Of a stretch of 64,000 nt of DNA, positions 48,831 through 62,500 are shown one piece after another. The DNA is from Moniliella sp. 'wahieum' (Eukaryota). The position numbers and the translations under genes were made by a program. Under the pieces are notes generated by a model, which worked only from the letters and a program-made list of their open reading frames with translations, was not told where the DNA came from and made no database searches. Where the stretch lies: NCBI GenBank assembly GCA_003971905.1, contig RSEE01000018.1:1-64000 (forward strand). Direction: 5' to 3'. The number at the start of each line of letters is the position of its first letter. Positions within the stretch are counted from its first letter, which is position 1.

Positions 48831-51800
48831 CTAATGATTCCCACACATCTCTCCATTCTCCCGTTGCAAATAACATCGCATTTCTGTCCACCCCATTCCC
48901 TCCCCGTACCCCTCACAGCCGGCGGCGCGACGGCGCACAAACGTGAACCGCGCCGACGGCGTCGGAGCCGGTGGTGCCGCAGTTGGCGGCGGCGCACTCA
49001 AGCGCTTCGGCCCCTCGGTGCGCGCCGCGGCAACGGCACCGGGTTGCTGCGCTCGCCCCCGCCGGCTTCTTCTTTTTGCGCTTCGGCCCCGATGGTTGGC
49101 CTCTGGGAAGGCGGCGAGGTAGGCCGAGTAGATCTGCACACCCTCTTCCAGCTGCCGCTGCTCCTTACTCAATGCCCACACACCCAGCTCCGCCTCGGAG
49201 CACACATCTGCCAACGGATCGTCGTCCAGCAGCTTCCCCATCGATACCATCTTGCCCGTCTCCGCCCCATAGTCCTCCTCAAACTCCATCTCCTGCTCCG
49301 CCGATGGCGAGGAAGGGGAAAGAAGGGTGTCGCTCGTCTCTGGTGCAGGCACGCGCGCATTCTCCAAAAGTTGTTGATCACCGTCACCCCTTCGGGCAGG
49401 GCAAGCGGCAAGGACTCGTGTGCCTGCCCTGGCGGCATCACGTGTGGGCCCTGCCCGTTGCTCATCGTCGCAGCCTGCTGGAGGATGAGAGAGGCACGCG
49501 AATCTTCGCTCCAATCCAGCAAGTTCTTCCACCCGTACAGTTGTCCCTGCTTTCCTTCCTCTGCCAGGCCGGTAAACAGCCCGGTGGGCAGCACCAACCC
49601 TTCCGACTCGAGCACTTGCCCCGAATGCACCGTTTTGCTCATCTGGCGCTCGTATTGCCGTTCTTCAATCGTGCCCTGGGCGATCAGACGGTACACCTCG
49701 ACCGGCCGAGTTTGCCCCGTTCGATGGGCCCGGTCCATGGCCTGGGCATCAATCGCAGGTTTCCAATCCGGGTCAAAGATGATCACCTTATTGGCCGAAG
49801 TCAAGTTGAGACCCACGCCTCCGGCCATCGTCGAGATAAGAAAGACAAAGATATCATTGTGGCCATTGAACTGATCCACCAGCCCTTGACGCTCCTTGGC
49901 CTGCGTCGAGCCGTCGAGCAACAGCCATTTCCATCCGCGCGTAAACTCAACCACGACCCAATCATCTCCAAAACCTTAGGACGGTGGGAAAAGATAAGCA
50001 CCTTGTTGGGCCGTGGCGGGGCAACCCTAGGGTGGGGGAGAAGATCTTACCCTCTCCCGGAGCTTGTGGTCCCGCCCAAGCCCACGCCGGCTCGGCGTGC
50101 CATTGCGTTAGCAGCGACTCGAGGATGGGCCACTTGCCGCAGTACCTTGATTGGGCCAGTTCATGCCCACGCAGCTTGACACGCTCTGCCAGTCGCCAGG
50201 GTAAATGGCCTGGATGTAGGCTTGCTGGCGCTCATGCCGCTCGGCATCGCGGCGCTGCTCGAGTTGCTTTTCCAAATTGGCCGCTTGGGCAAGATGGGCT
50301 CGTTTGCGATGCCGCAAGCTATCGGCTTCGATTGGGGATGTTCCCCGCGCGGCTCGATGGGACAAAGGGGAAGGGAAGGACAAGGCCAAATGGTTCGCAA
50401 TGTCAAGGAATGTAGTTTGGTACGCCATCGGATGCTTGGCCATTCCCAATCGACAAGTCTTGGCCTGCATCAGCGACGGGTCCTCGCCCCCTTCCACCAT
50501 GGCTTGGCGTACTTCCATAGCGGGAGGCAGACTGTCATCCTCCTCATCCCAATCTTGTTCCATGATGGGCGTGAAGAACATGCGATCACAGCAATCTTTC
50601 CGCTTGAGATGCTCGATTTGCCCCAGCGCATTGCGCCTCGTGTTGCCACAGCTGCACAGTTCCTCCCCATGAATGATGGCTTGTAGCTCGGGCTCGGACC
50701 AGACCCGATATACATCCGTCGTTGGTCCTGCGATAGGGGACAGAGCACAATCCTATCCCGTTTGGGTGGTAGCACACTGGCCAGCAACGTTTTCGTCCGT
50801 CGTAGGAACCTAGCATGGACAAACAGACGCTCGCGCAACCGACGGGCGACCAATTGCGACACTGCTATCTGCAACGGCGAGGCGCGCGCCTCAGCGCCTT
50901 GAAGCAGCACGTCACTCACCTCAATCTTCCAGGCCTTGAGACTGGTGAAACTGGCGGGATCAATCCAATGAAACTGCTGCCACAGGTCGTCGTATCCGTT
51001 CAAAAATGGCGTTCCGGTCAGAGCAAAGCGAACGGGGGCCTGAAGCTGGTGCAGCGCTTTGGCTAACGAAGTGGTGCTGGATTTCATCCGGTGCGCCTCG
51101 TCCAAGATCACCGCTGACCAGGGCACTTCGTTCAGACGGGCCACTGCCTCGCGCACCAGCTCCAGGTTGAGTACCACAACATCAATCCTCCTTTTGGAAG
51201 CGAGTTCGACGGCCTGGGCTACAGACTTCTTGTCCTTAACCACAGCAACCTCGAGGTACCCCCAATGGTTCATCTCATGCGCCCAGTTGTCCACCAACGT
51301 CGTGGGGGCAATCACAAGTGCCAGGGGCCAGATTTGGACAATATGGTTGAAGGCCTCAATGGTTGGGGCCGCCTCGAGGACCCGACGTCGCCGATGCTCA
51401 TCATTCCGTGCCGGCCGGTACGATGCATGATGGCCAGCAAGAAGCCGATCACTTGTGCCGTTTTCCCTAGACCCATGTCATCCGCCAAGATGGCGCCCTT
51501 GCCAGCCTTGTACGCCTCGTACAAATGTTTGATGCCCTGTCGCTGATGGGGGTAGAGGCGCTGGTTGAGCGGCGCGGGAATTGCCACGGGAGGGGTCACC
51601 CACATGTCCAACAATTCCGGGGTGGGATGTGCGGTGGTTCCATCGGATTTGCTGGGTAATGGAGGGCGCAGCTCGTCCTCTTTCTCGGGTTCCAAAGGAG
51701 GGAGGGGGAAAGGACCCAGATAGGAACCCAAATCTCTGTCATTTAACGAGGAAGGGTTGATCTGTTCCATATCACTGTCGGTCTCCTCGGCATCGGCCTC

Positions 51801-52845
51801 CCAGGAGAGGGCTTTGGGTTTTTTCATTGGAACACCTTCCCTCAGGGGAAGATCATGTTTCTTGTCCTCAGACGAGGGAGAATGAACCGGTTCAGGTTGC
51901 GATGGACAAGGGCAAAGCTGCGAAGAGGGAAGTGAAGTGGCACTCGAATGGAATTGGCCAGTGGTCAAGCCAGACGAGGATGGAGGTCCACGAGCCCTAT
52001 GGTCCACGGACGTGAACCAAGTCTGGATCACTTTTTTCCCGCTCTGGACCAGAATCTCATCCTCGCTCGAATCCGACTCATCCCACACCAGCTCCCTGGC
52101 TCTTGGTGCCGGTACTCCTTGGGTGTGAAAGAGCAGGAGACAAAGACCGCCGAGGTTCCGAGGACAAACGCGGATTGGAAGGGGGGTCAAACAAGTGTGG
52201 ATGGGAGGCCAAATACTTCTGGGCGTTTAAGCGAAGCAAGGGATCATCCTCATCACTCTCTGATTCTTGACCCTCCACTGCATCTTGACTCGGGACGGGC
52301 GCCAACGTCGGTGAGGAAGGTGGTAAAGAGGGCTTGGTGCTACTTTTGCTGCTTGGGTATGTGGATAGGGGAACAGCAGGTATCAACTCAGGCTCAGAAT
52401 CATCGCTGGTAATCACCTCTTCGCTCTCGGTAGCATCTGAAGAGTTGCTCTGCTGCGACTGGTCATCTCGGGTATCGTCCGGGTCGTTGAGCACGGCCAC
52501 TTCGCCCTCAGTCTCAGGCGCCGCGTCGAGGCAGATCTGCCGGGCGGCGTCCATGGTGCAACCAAAGCCGAGCTGGCGCAGGAGCGTGCGACGAGCAGCA
52601 TTCGTCTCCTGTGTTGTTTCACGGGCCGCCTTGGGACCCAGATGCTTCCAGCGGTACTTGAGGTGGGCGGCGGTGTGGGTGCGCTGGCTGCGCACCTGTG
52701 CTTCGTTGTGCTTGCGGCGCTCGACGACGGTGCGGTGCAGATTCTCACTGAGGAGGCGGGAAAATCGCTCAGTGTCCTCATCCTCAGCGCGCTGGCGCAA
52801 CTCCTCCTCGGTCAGGGGGGTTCGCCGCGCCTGCGACGGCGGCAT
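48831..52845 (-). CDS. SNF2-family ATPase, ERCC6L2/Rad26-like
   Basis: [86 protein letters not shown] and [15 protein letters not shown]. Confidence 0.92.
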
Positions 52846-53072
52846 GGCGGGGAAAGAGGCAGTGGTGGTGGTGTGGGTTATATGGTGGTGGTGGCGGTAG
52901 CCCTTGCCTCCTCGGTCATCTGGTTGATGGTTGATCACCATGATCCGTCTGCTTTTTTTGGGACGGCCGGAATGAACGTTTCACCTCGTCAGCCCCACCA
53001 TAGAGTAGCGCCAGGCGGATTATGGCTCCGCCCGCCGCCTTGGGCTGCACTCGCAACGACCATCGGCGGCCC

Positions 53073-55435
53073 ATGTCGGTCACCAGCGCCAGTGCCGCGG
53101 ACGTGCGTGCGGCCCAGGCTGCGTCCAGGGCGCGCAGCGAAGCCATTCGCGCCGAGCTTGTTGCCCGCCTCGCCGCCGCCGACACCACGCTGGCTGCCGC
53201 GCACGAGCGGCTGGCAGCCCACCAGCCCACGGCGCTGGTCGTGCGCGACGAGGCCGACGTTCTGGCTCAGCGGCTTGCCCGGACTGCCGAGACCGCGGAG
53301 CGGGTCAGCGCGCGCATCCGTGCCCTGGATGAGGAGCAGCGTCGCCTGACTCTCGCGACCGAGTGGGCTCGCCAAGCGGCCGAACTCAAGGCTTCCCTGG
53401 TCGCGCTCAACGATGCGATCGATCAAGGCGACTGGGACGCGGCCGTGCTGCACGTTCAAGCCGCTATGGCCATCCCAGACCATGTGCTCAACTCCAAGTT
53501 TGCTGCGAGTGTGGTGCCGACGGCTACGCTTCCCGATGCGCCCCCCGCCACCCTGTTGGCCTTGCGTGTGCGACTGAAGCACATCTTTGAACGGGCCTAC
53601 CGCTCCGCCACGTCCAGCAAAGACGTGGCGGCAGCAACCAAGTTCTTCAAGCTGTTTCCCCAGGTTGGGTGGAGAGATGAGGGCCTGGCTGTTTATGCCG
53701 AGTCAGCATGTGACTTGGTCCGTGCCATTGCGGTCGATCTGAATGATGGTCTAGCCGCTGCGGCTGCCGGGGCGCAAGCGTTTGTGTTTTCTAGCTTACT
53801 CACCCGGCTGTTTGAGCATATGGCGCTCCTGGTCGATCGGCACGAGGTGTTGGTCAACAAGTACTATGGCGCTGGCTCGTTTGGCAAGGGCGTGATGCCC
53901 CATCTGCAAGCCGAGTGCGATCGCCTGGGCACGCGAATCGTGGATACCTGGTTGGAGACGCGTCATTCAGCTCGTCTGTTGGATCAATCTAAATCCTTGT
54001 CTTCTTCTTCCATTCGGCTGCAGCTGGCGCAGTCCCGCGCCCCCTCGCCCATGCCTACCCTTCACGCCAGCACCCCCGCCCCCGAGGCCGAAGACGACGC
54101 GGACACCCAACTACGACGGGATGCCGACCAATTCCTTGCCGAAGGCGCAGCGATGAGTGCAGCGTGGACGACATACAAGGGGTTTCTGTACGATCGGCTG
54201 GGCACGGCCTTTGTTTCTGATGCTGATACTAATACGGATCCTGATACTGATACTGGCACTGTACCCGCCCGGCCGGAAGCAGGATCCGGGCCGGAGATTG
54301 TGCGTGCGTCCAAGCTGGGGCAGCAGCTGCGAAGCTTTTTGCGTGGCCCCTACCTTCAGCTTGAGGCCGTCCATCTCCGCCGCTCTCTCACGCGCGCGTG
54401 GAACTTGGCAGTGACCGACCCGCACACTCGTCCTTTGACATCGTCCTTCCTCGACGATAGCTTTACATTCTGCGTGCTGCGCTCACGCGCTCGCTTTCCA
54501 CTTCAGACGTTGCCACGGCGCGCTTAGCGTGCGATGCAGCGGGTCAGATGGTGCAGGACGAGGTGCTATCGCGAATTCGAGGCAAGCTGGATGCGGTGGC
54601 CCGGGCGTCCATCCCCATGATGACCGTTGATGGTCCGCGGAAGGAGACGGCGACACGGGAGATGCGAACGGCGTTTGTGGTTTGGCTCAACGGCCTCCAT
54701 ACGGGGGTACTGTACACTGACCGGATGCGCCACGACCTGTCGGACCCGGACTTTCTTGCCCAGTACTACGACCCGGACCAGGACCCGGATCGGGAGGAAG
54801 ACGACGAGGCGACCGAGGGGGCTCGGACGCAGGTGGAACAGGTGCGCAAGGCCCTGCAGTGCGCGCTGGAACCGCCCCATGGCCAACTGCGCGCCACGCT
54901 GTCGTCCGAGCTGGAGCGGCTGTTCAACACGCTGACCCGGCCGCGCGTGCGGACGCTGCTGACGGATGCGTACAAGGACGTGAGCTACGTGCTGGACGAT
55001 GGGGGCTATGCGCTGGCGGAGGAAAAAGATGTGGTGCGTCGGCGGTTTGCGGCGGCGTGGGACCGGCTGTGGTCGGTGTTTAAAGATACGTTTGAGCCGG
55101 CCAACTTTGATGCGTACCATGGCCTGGCCATCGAGGCTCTGGTGCGGCCGTGGGAGAAGCTGGTGCTGTCGATGCGCTTCACGGGGCTGGGCGCGCTGCG
55201 GTTCGACCACGACCTGCGCGCGGTCAGCGCGCATGTCACCCACTCGGCCATGGGGCGCACACGCGGCATGGGCGCGCGCGAGCAGTTTATCCGCCTGCAG
55301 CAGATGAGCTACCTCCTGACGCTCGACCCGGACGAGGACGAAGAGTCGGCGTACGAGACGGCGGCGGCGTCCGGCATGAGCTGGCGGCTGTCGAGCTCGG
55401 AGGTGAGGCAGGTCCGCAGCCTGCGTCTTGCGTAG
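53073..55435 (+). CDS. COG4: conserved oligomeric Golgi complex subunit 4
   Basis: AERVSARIRALDEEQRR, FFKLFPQVGWRDEGL, LQAECD, RFTGLGALRFDHDLR, REQFIRLQQM and WRLSSSEVR. One frameshift region ~54470-54545. Confidence 0.9.
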
Positions 55436-55764
55436 CGGCGCATCCGTCGCCGTCGCCGCCGTCCTCGGCCTGCACATCGCCAAGTCGAGGAAGAGGCGTG
55501 GAGGGGGCCAAATAAAGCATGGCCGTCATCGATCATCAGGCAGCAGCCATTAACCATTGATTAATTAATGATTGCCAGATCTCAGAGACAGACACGACGA
55601 TCACGGGTGGGACGTAGCCGTCACCGGTCCCCCCGCCCGGAATTGGGCAGGCTCGGTGGGAGCACGGCGGAATCGGGTGTGGCGCGCGTGTGCGGAAGCA
55701 CGGAAGGCAGCCGAAGGCCGCCACGCCAAAAACCAACGCAGTGAATGTGGCGGCGAGGGCAGCC

Positions 55765-55800
<36 letters not shown>
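55765..55800. repeat. (GCTT)9 microsatellite just upstream of CCT2
   Basis: Nine perfect GCTT units ending 28 bp before the ATG. Confidence 0.97.
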
Positions 55801-55828
55801 CGCGTCGCGGCCCTCCCCACCACCAGCC

Positions 55829-57407
55829 ATGTCGGCCCCCATCTTTGCCGCCGAGGCCACCGAGGAGCGAGCTGAGAATGCGCGTCTGTCCAGCTTTGTT
55901 GGGCCACGGCGCTGGGTGACCTGGTCAAGACGACCCTGGGCCCCAAGGGCATGAACAAGATGCTGCAGTCCATCAGCTCCAACAACAACGACATTGTCGT
56001 CACCAACGATGGTGCGACCATTCTGCGCTCCATCCACATTGACAATGCCGCCGCCAAGATCCTCGTCAACATCTCCAAGGTCCAGGACGACGAAGTGGGC
56101 GATGGAACGACGTCGGTGTGTGTGCTGGCTTCCGAACTGCTACGTGAGGCGGAACGTCTGGTGGAGCGCCGCATCCACCCGCAAACCATTGTTGATGGCT
56201 ACCGTATCGCATCTAAGGCCGCCCTGGCCAGCTTGGACGCTCAAGCGCAGGACCATGCCAGTGACCCGGCTCTGTTCCGCCGGGACCTGCTCAACATTGC
56301 CCGCACAACGCTCAGCAGCAAGGTCCTGGCCGATGATCAGGATTACTTTGCCAAGTTGGCGGTTGAAGCGGTGCTGCGCCTCAAAGGCTCGACCAACTTG
56401 GAACACATCCAGATCATTAAAAAGGTCGGTGGCAAGCTCACCGACAGCTTCCTCTCCGATGGGTTTATCCTGGATAAGAAGATGGCGCCTGGTGGACCCA
56501 AGGTGCTGCACGATGCCAACATTTTGATTGCCAACCCAGCATGGACACCGACAAGATCAAGGTGTTTGGTGCCCGGGTGCGGGTGGAAGGTACGGCCAAG
56601 CTGGCCGAGCTGGAGCGAGCGGAGAGGGACAAGATGCGCGCCAAGGTGGACCGGATCAAGGCGCACGGGATCAACTGTTTTGTCAATCGCCAACTCATCT
56701 ACAACTACCCCGAGTCGCTTCTGTCTGAGGCAGGTGTGATGAGCATCGAACACGCCGACTTTGAAGGCGTGGAGCGTCTGGCGCTCGTCACAGGAGGCGA
56801 GATTGCATCGACGTTTGACCGTCCTGACCTGGTCCGCCTGGGCCACTGCAAGACCATTGAGGAGATTATGATTGGGGAGGACAAGCTGATTCGGTTTTCG
56901 GGTGTGGCTGCGGGCGAGGCGTGCACTGTGGTGTTGCGTGGCGCGACGACGCAGATGGTGGACGAGGCGGAGCGGTCGCTGCACGACGCCCTCTCGGTTC
57001 TGTCCCAGACGGTGCAGGAGACGAGGATCGTATATGGCGGCGGGTGTGCCGAGATGGAAATGTCGGGCGCGGTGGACGAAGCGGCGGTGCGGGTGGAGGG
57101 AAAGAAGGCATTGGCAGCCGAAGCGTTTGCGCGTGCGTTGCGCCAACTGCCAACCATCTTGGCGGACAATGCTGGGCTGGACTCGGCGGACCTGGTGGCG
57201 CGGTTGCGTGCGGCCCATGCGGCGGGGGACTCGACGGCAGGGCTGGACCTGGACCACGGAGTGGTGGCGAGCATGGTGGAGCGCGGGACGACGGAGTCAC
57301 ACAAGCTCAAGCGTCTGGTCGTCAGCTCAGCGTCCGAGGCAGCAGAGATGGTGTTGCGCGTGGACGACATTCTCAAGGCGGCGCCCCGCCAGAGGGACGC
57401 GCACTAA
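55829..57407 (+). CDS. CCT2: T-complex protein 1 subunit beta (chaperonin CCT2)
   Basis: [78 protein letters not shown] and [14 protein letters not shown]. Confidence 0.97.
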
Positions 57408-57886
57408 GGAGCGGGTTGTGGCGAATGATGATGCTGTGGCGATGTAGCAGAGGGCTGGAAGGTGGGGTATGATGTATGAGGATGTAGCCTATGGGGTTCC
57501 CGCGTTCCCATGTCAGCGCCAGCGCGAATCCAAACGACATGGCGGCTACAACGCGTCCACGCGTCTAAGGTCCAAAGGCCAGCCAAAAGCGCTTCGGACG
57601 CACATCACGTGACGCAGCCGAAGACGCGCCCATGGTGTCTGGATGGGCGACGAGCGATCGGCAGCTGCGATGATCGAGGGTCGATCATCGATCATCCTTG
57701 CTGTCTGCGCTGCTGTGCCTGAGCGCTTAAAGCCGAAAGCTTAACCACACCTCAGACAGCATCGATCAGGTCCAATCTCAGCCACTCGTCGGAGCTGCGT
57801 CCTATCTTGCGCGCTCTTTGTCCATCCATCTTCCTGTGCGCTGCTCCCGCCCGCCTCCATCCCCCCCCCCCGCCGCCGCGCGCTGC

Positions 57887-58821
57887 ATGCCCCCCCGCTC
57901 TGACGCGGCCCAGGCTCCGTCGGCCGCACCAGTGGGATCTCTTTGTCGACACGCGCGACGCCCGCATTGTTGAGGACGAGCCGGAGGATGTTGTGCATGA
58001 CGCGCCCCACGACCGCCACTCCTTGTCCGACCACAGCAAGACCGACGAGACCCGGTCCCATCCGCCACCTCTGTCTTCCGCTAGCCGCGATGGACGCGAC
58101 ATTTACCTGCCGTACCACGTTGAAAACGTCTCGCCCATTGCCATTGACATTGGCGGCTCGCTGGCCAAAGGGGTGTACTTTACCTCTTCCGCCCGCTCCG
58201 CTGCGTCCCATCCTATCCTCTCCCCGCCCGGATCCAGTACGCCCGCCAGCCACCGTTCCCTTCTGCCCTCTCGCCTTCGGGCAGCCGCCAGCCCAGTCCG
58301 CCACGGGGCTCCGTGCCATCCTGTGGCGTCGTGAGCTCGCCGCAACCCGAGGGGCGTGACGGCTCTGAGTCCGCTGGAGACGCACCCGAGCTCATGTGTC
58401 CTGCCCGCTGCTCACCTCAAGCGACGTCGATGGACGTGCGGCTGTTGCGGCGGCGGAGTCTGCCGGCGCCGCTACCGGGCGGCCGGCTGAACTTTATCAA
58501 GTTTGAGACGGACAAGATGGACGAGTGTATTGGGTTTCTGGGCGAGCTGATTGAGCGTTCGGTGGAGGCGCATGGGATTTCGGTCGAGGAGATGGGCATG
58601 GGCGTTCGCCTCATGGCCACTGGCGGGGGCGCGCATAAGTTTGAGCGTCGGTTGCAAGACCACTTGGGGGTCCAAGTGTGCAAGGCGGACGAGATGGCGT
58701 GCCTGATCACCGGGTTCAACTTTATACGCTCATCCCCAATGAAGTGTATTGTTACTCGGACCAACTCGTCTCGGCTCTCCATGCACCGCATCCTACCCCC
58801 TTCCTGGTAGGACGCCCCTAG
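57887..58821 (+). pseudogene. CAB1: type II pantothenate kinase (Cab1/fumble), N-terminal half only
   Basis: IYLPYHVENVSPIAIDIGGSLAK, GGRLNFIKFET, MATGGGAHKF, DEMACLITG and IPNEVYCYSDQL. No downstream LLVNIGSGVS or GGGT motifs seen in any frame. It may be an assembly truncation rather than a true pseudogene. Confidence 0.75.
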
Positions 58822-59507
58822 CCCCAGCAGCAGGTTCCAGCGTGGCTGGGGGGGCAGGCCAGGGGATAGAGGCAACCCGGGCCGCTCTGGACTACGGCCG
58901 GATGAGCGGCGGTCGTGGATGGACCTTAGGCGGGTATAGGTTAAGCGCCACGTACTTCAGACAGAAATCAGAAAGCAGTGTACTATACCTTGGTAGCCAT
59001 GCGCGTCGGCGCTCGCTCGCGCGTGTGATGCGCCCTGCCTGCTATCAGGCAAAGAGAGCAGAGAGGTAAGGGATCGGTGACCTGCACAAGAGGTAGATGC
59101 CTGCGGCCGCCGTCGACGCGAACGAGACGGGGACAATGTTGATCGTTGGATCGGGAGGGAGGCGTTGTGGTCTGTCTGGTGTACCGGCGCACCCAGCGTC
59201 GTCTACGGTCTAAGTCTACCTAGCCGAGCCAAGTCTAGCGCGGCTGTGCACTTGTTAGTTGGTCTCTCTGTCGATGGTCCGCCCCTCGTCGTTGACACGT
59301 GGCGTGGCTCAACATTTTTGATGTGGGGGAGTAGGGGGAGGGGGGGGGGGGGGGGTGATATCGGGCAAGTGGCAACGGTGGGGGGGAGTAGCGCTGGGTG
59401 GAGCATTCTGGTCGCCACAGGGCAACCACCGATAAGGAGATGAAGGAACGAGGGGGTGAGGGAGCGTGAGATCTGAGGCGAGGGACCGTGGGAGCGGGGG
59501 AGCAACG

Positions 59508-62500
59508 TTAGACAATGATCAAATCGCCCTTGCATGCCAGACAATGGTACACATGATTCCAGTCTCGGCCGCGGCGGCAGAGCCGGTGGGCCAAATGGAC
59601 TACTGTGTGCTCCGCGTCGGGTTCGCCGGGAGGAGAGAGGGTGACGGTGGGAACGGGCGCGGGCAAATCCAATGGCGACGACGAGGGCAACGGCGCTGGC
59701 ACCGGCTGCGCTGGACCGGATTCCTCACCAATGCGGGTCCGGAGCATGCTCAAGCTTTCGGCGCGGCGGTGGCGCTGCGGGGGGGCAGGTCGGCCGGGTT
59801 GGTGATGGCGTGCAACCCCCTGCGTGGGCGGGCGGAGGGAAGGACAGCGTCCAACGGCGCCGAGCTCACACGCGCGGAGGTGGTGGCACTGCGACGGTGG
59901 TGCAAGTGGGCATTGTCGATGGCAGCAGCGGCCGAAGCAGAAGGAGCAGCGTTGACCATCTTCCTCTCTCGCTCATGCGCCAACGTGGTCTGCACCCGCT
60001 CCAACTCAGCATGAGCCTCGCGCAGCGCAGCCAAAAGCTCCGTCCGTTCCGGACCATCGGACGGCGCCGTCTTGGCTTCCAGCTCAGCCAGAGGGATTCG
60101 GCCTGCTGCTGCGACACCCGACTTGCTTCGGCGTCGGTCCTAGCTTGGTCCAAAGCCGCTTGCGCCGCAGCCAAATTCGGCCTCAAGGGCGGTTGTGCGA
60201 TCATCCGTTCCCCGGGCCGCTCCGAGGAGACAGATGAAAGACGAGCTTGGGCCAGTGCCTCTGTCAGCTCATCCGCTCCTTTTGGTGAGCAGCGGCCTGC
60301 TCGGTCAGTTCAGTTGCAGCTGCTCCACCAGCGCTTGGGACGCACTGGCCTGGGCCTGGACTTGGGCCAAACGCTCCGCCTCCATCTCACGTTCGCCAGC
60401 GTGGGACGAAGCAGGCTGGCCCACTCGTCCTTGGCCTCGGCAAATTGGGCACGGGCCGTTTCCAAGTCGGATTGCGCCTGTTGCACGGCAAGATTGGCGG
60501 TCTTAGTGGCGGTTTGAGCTTCGGTTAGTGTTCGCGCATCTGCGCCAGCTCTGTACCCGCCGCGTCCAGTGGCCAGCGTTTCAGCGGTAAGCTGATCCAG
60601 CTCGCCAATCGCGTTTCCAGCTCGGATCGGTGGGAGACCAACTTGTCCATCTCCTGCTTCAGCGCGGCGAGTTGGGCTTGGGAGTGGTCCAAGTCGAGGC
60701 CCAGCTGCATGGCACGGTGGGTCTCGTGGTCAAGATCGGCTGAGGTTGGATCGGTCCGGTTGAGATTGGGCAAGAGAGGCAGCCTGTTCGACCGCTTGGG
60801 CAGACGCCGCAACTGCCTCGGCTCGGAGGGCGTCTCGCTCCTGCTCCAGGGCAGTGGCGTGATCACGGAGCTTGGTCAACTCCTGCTGGACTGCGCGCTC
60901 AGCATCCGCCTTGGCTTGGTCCAAGGCACTGTCCCAAGTCTGGACCATGCGCTGGGCTTCCGCACGCGCCTCGTCCCTCTTTCTCGGCTTGGTGCCGCAA
61001 CAGCTCGGCATCGGCCGTTTGGGCATCGGCCGCGACGACCACCTTGGCCTGGCGCGCAAGTTGGGCCTGCATGTCGGTCACTTGTTCCTCGGAACGGGCC
61101 AGACGGAGTTGGAGGTCCTGAACCTCCCTCTCGAGCGTGGACACTGCAGGAGGATCGGAACCAGCATCCCGGGCACGAGGGACTTCTTTCGATCCCGACC
61201 GAGTCGCCATGCCAGGAATCGTCATGGGAGGCGTAGGGCGCGGCGGGCCCCACAGAGGTTGAAGCGGCGTGGGAGGGGAAACCGGGGAAACCAACGTGGC
61301 ATCGGGAGTGGGAAGCGCATTTGCCGGAGCGGACACAGTAGTCGACTGGGAAAGAGCGCCAGCACTGGGCTCCTTGACAGACAAAGGGGTGGGCTCGGAC
61401 TTGGATGCTTGCTCAGGCGTGGGTGAGGGCAGGCGCTCGGGCTCCGGCCCAGTCGTCCCGTTCTCCCTCGCAGGAGTGGGATGGGACAAGAGCTCAGACT
61501 CTGAAACGTGCATGAGGGGAGGCAACCTCATCGTGGGTCGATGGCTGGATCTCATCCAAACGAGCGTCCGGCTCGGGTTTCAGGTGGCTCGCCAACGGCA
61601 ACAGTTGTTGGGGCAGGATAGCATGTGAAGGCTCTGGTACGGTCCCCTCTTCCAGCTGGGGAGGGGAAAGGTCCTGCACCCCATCAGGCGCAAGCGCAGC
61701 CGAGATAGATGAGCCGGGACCAACGGTCTCCACCACCTTTAGGTCCGTGACAGTCGCGGCCGAATCCCAGCGCACCGGATCGGACCTGTCCGCAGGCTTT
61801 CGATCCACAGCAAACAATTCACTTGCATTTCCTAGAGCAGGTGCCTCCCTCGCCGCAGCACCCAGGGGGGAGCCCCCCTTGATTCCCAGAAGCGCCGCCC
61901 CTGCGGACCTCGGCAGAAGGTACAGCGTCCGCGGAAGAACCGAAATTTGGGGTTGCCCCGCCAGATGTTGGGGCCGCCTCTTGTCCCACTGACGGATCAG
62001 GCGCAGAGAATGGCGCGTCGACCGCGTCTTCTCCGTTAGGGGTTGCATCATCCTCTTCTTCGGAAAGGTCGGATTCTAGTACGGGGGGAAGGCTGTATCC
62101 CTCTGTAGGTGGGTCCGGATTCAAGTCAATATGGCAGACCTTCGTCCGAAACAGTGTCCGAAGGATAGACGGCATTGACACCCCTTCAATAGGAGGCAGA
62201 GACTCGGCCTGGCCCCCATCAGGTCCAACTGGTGCAGGAGTCGTGCCGCTAAGCCCCGGGCTTGTGTCCTCTTCTCCGGAAAGCTCAGATTCTAGTACAG
62301 GAGACAGGCTGTACCCATCCGTAGGTGGGTCCGGGTTCAAGTCAATATCGTGCAGACCCTCGTCCGAAACAGTGTCCGATGGATAGACGGCATTGACGCC
62401 GCCTTCAATAGGGGCAGAGGCTCGGATCCAACTGGTGGAGCGGCCGCGCTGTTAAGCCCGCGCGGTGTGTCCTCTTCTCCGGAAAAGTCAGACTCTAGTA

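Noticed and set aside
54219..54260. AT-richer GATACT-type repeats inside COG4
   Set aside because: An in-frame DT/DP low-complexity loop. This is ordinary slippage, not an intron or insertion element.
54566..57376. Long antisense ORFs over COG4 and CCT2 (and similar ones elsewhere)
   Set aside because: Expected shadow ORFs in high-GC coding DNA, with no recognisable motifs.
218..58821. Apparent sulfur/cofactor gene cluster (MetR-like bZIP, cysteine synthase, Nudix, esterase D, PanK)
   Set aside because: The genes are spread over ~58 kb and interleaved with unrelated housekeeping genes, so there is no cluster organisation.
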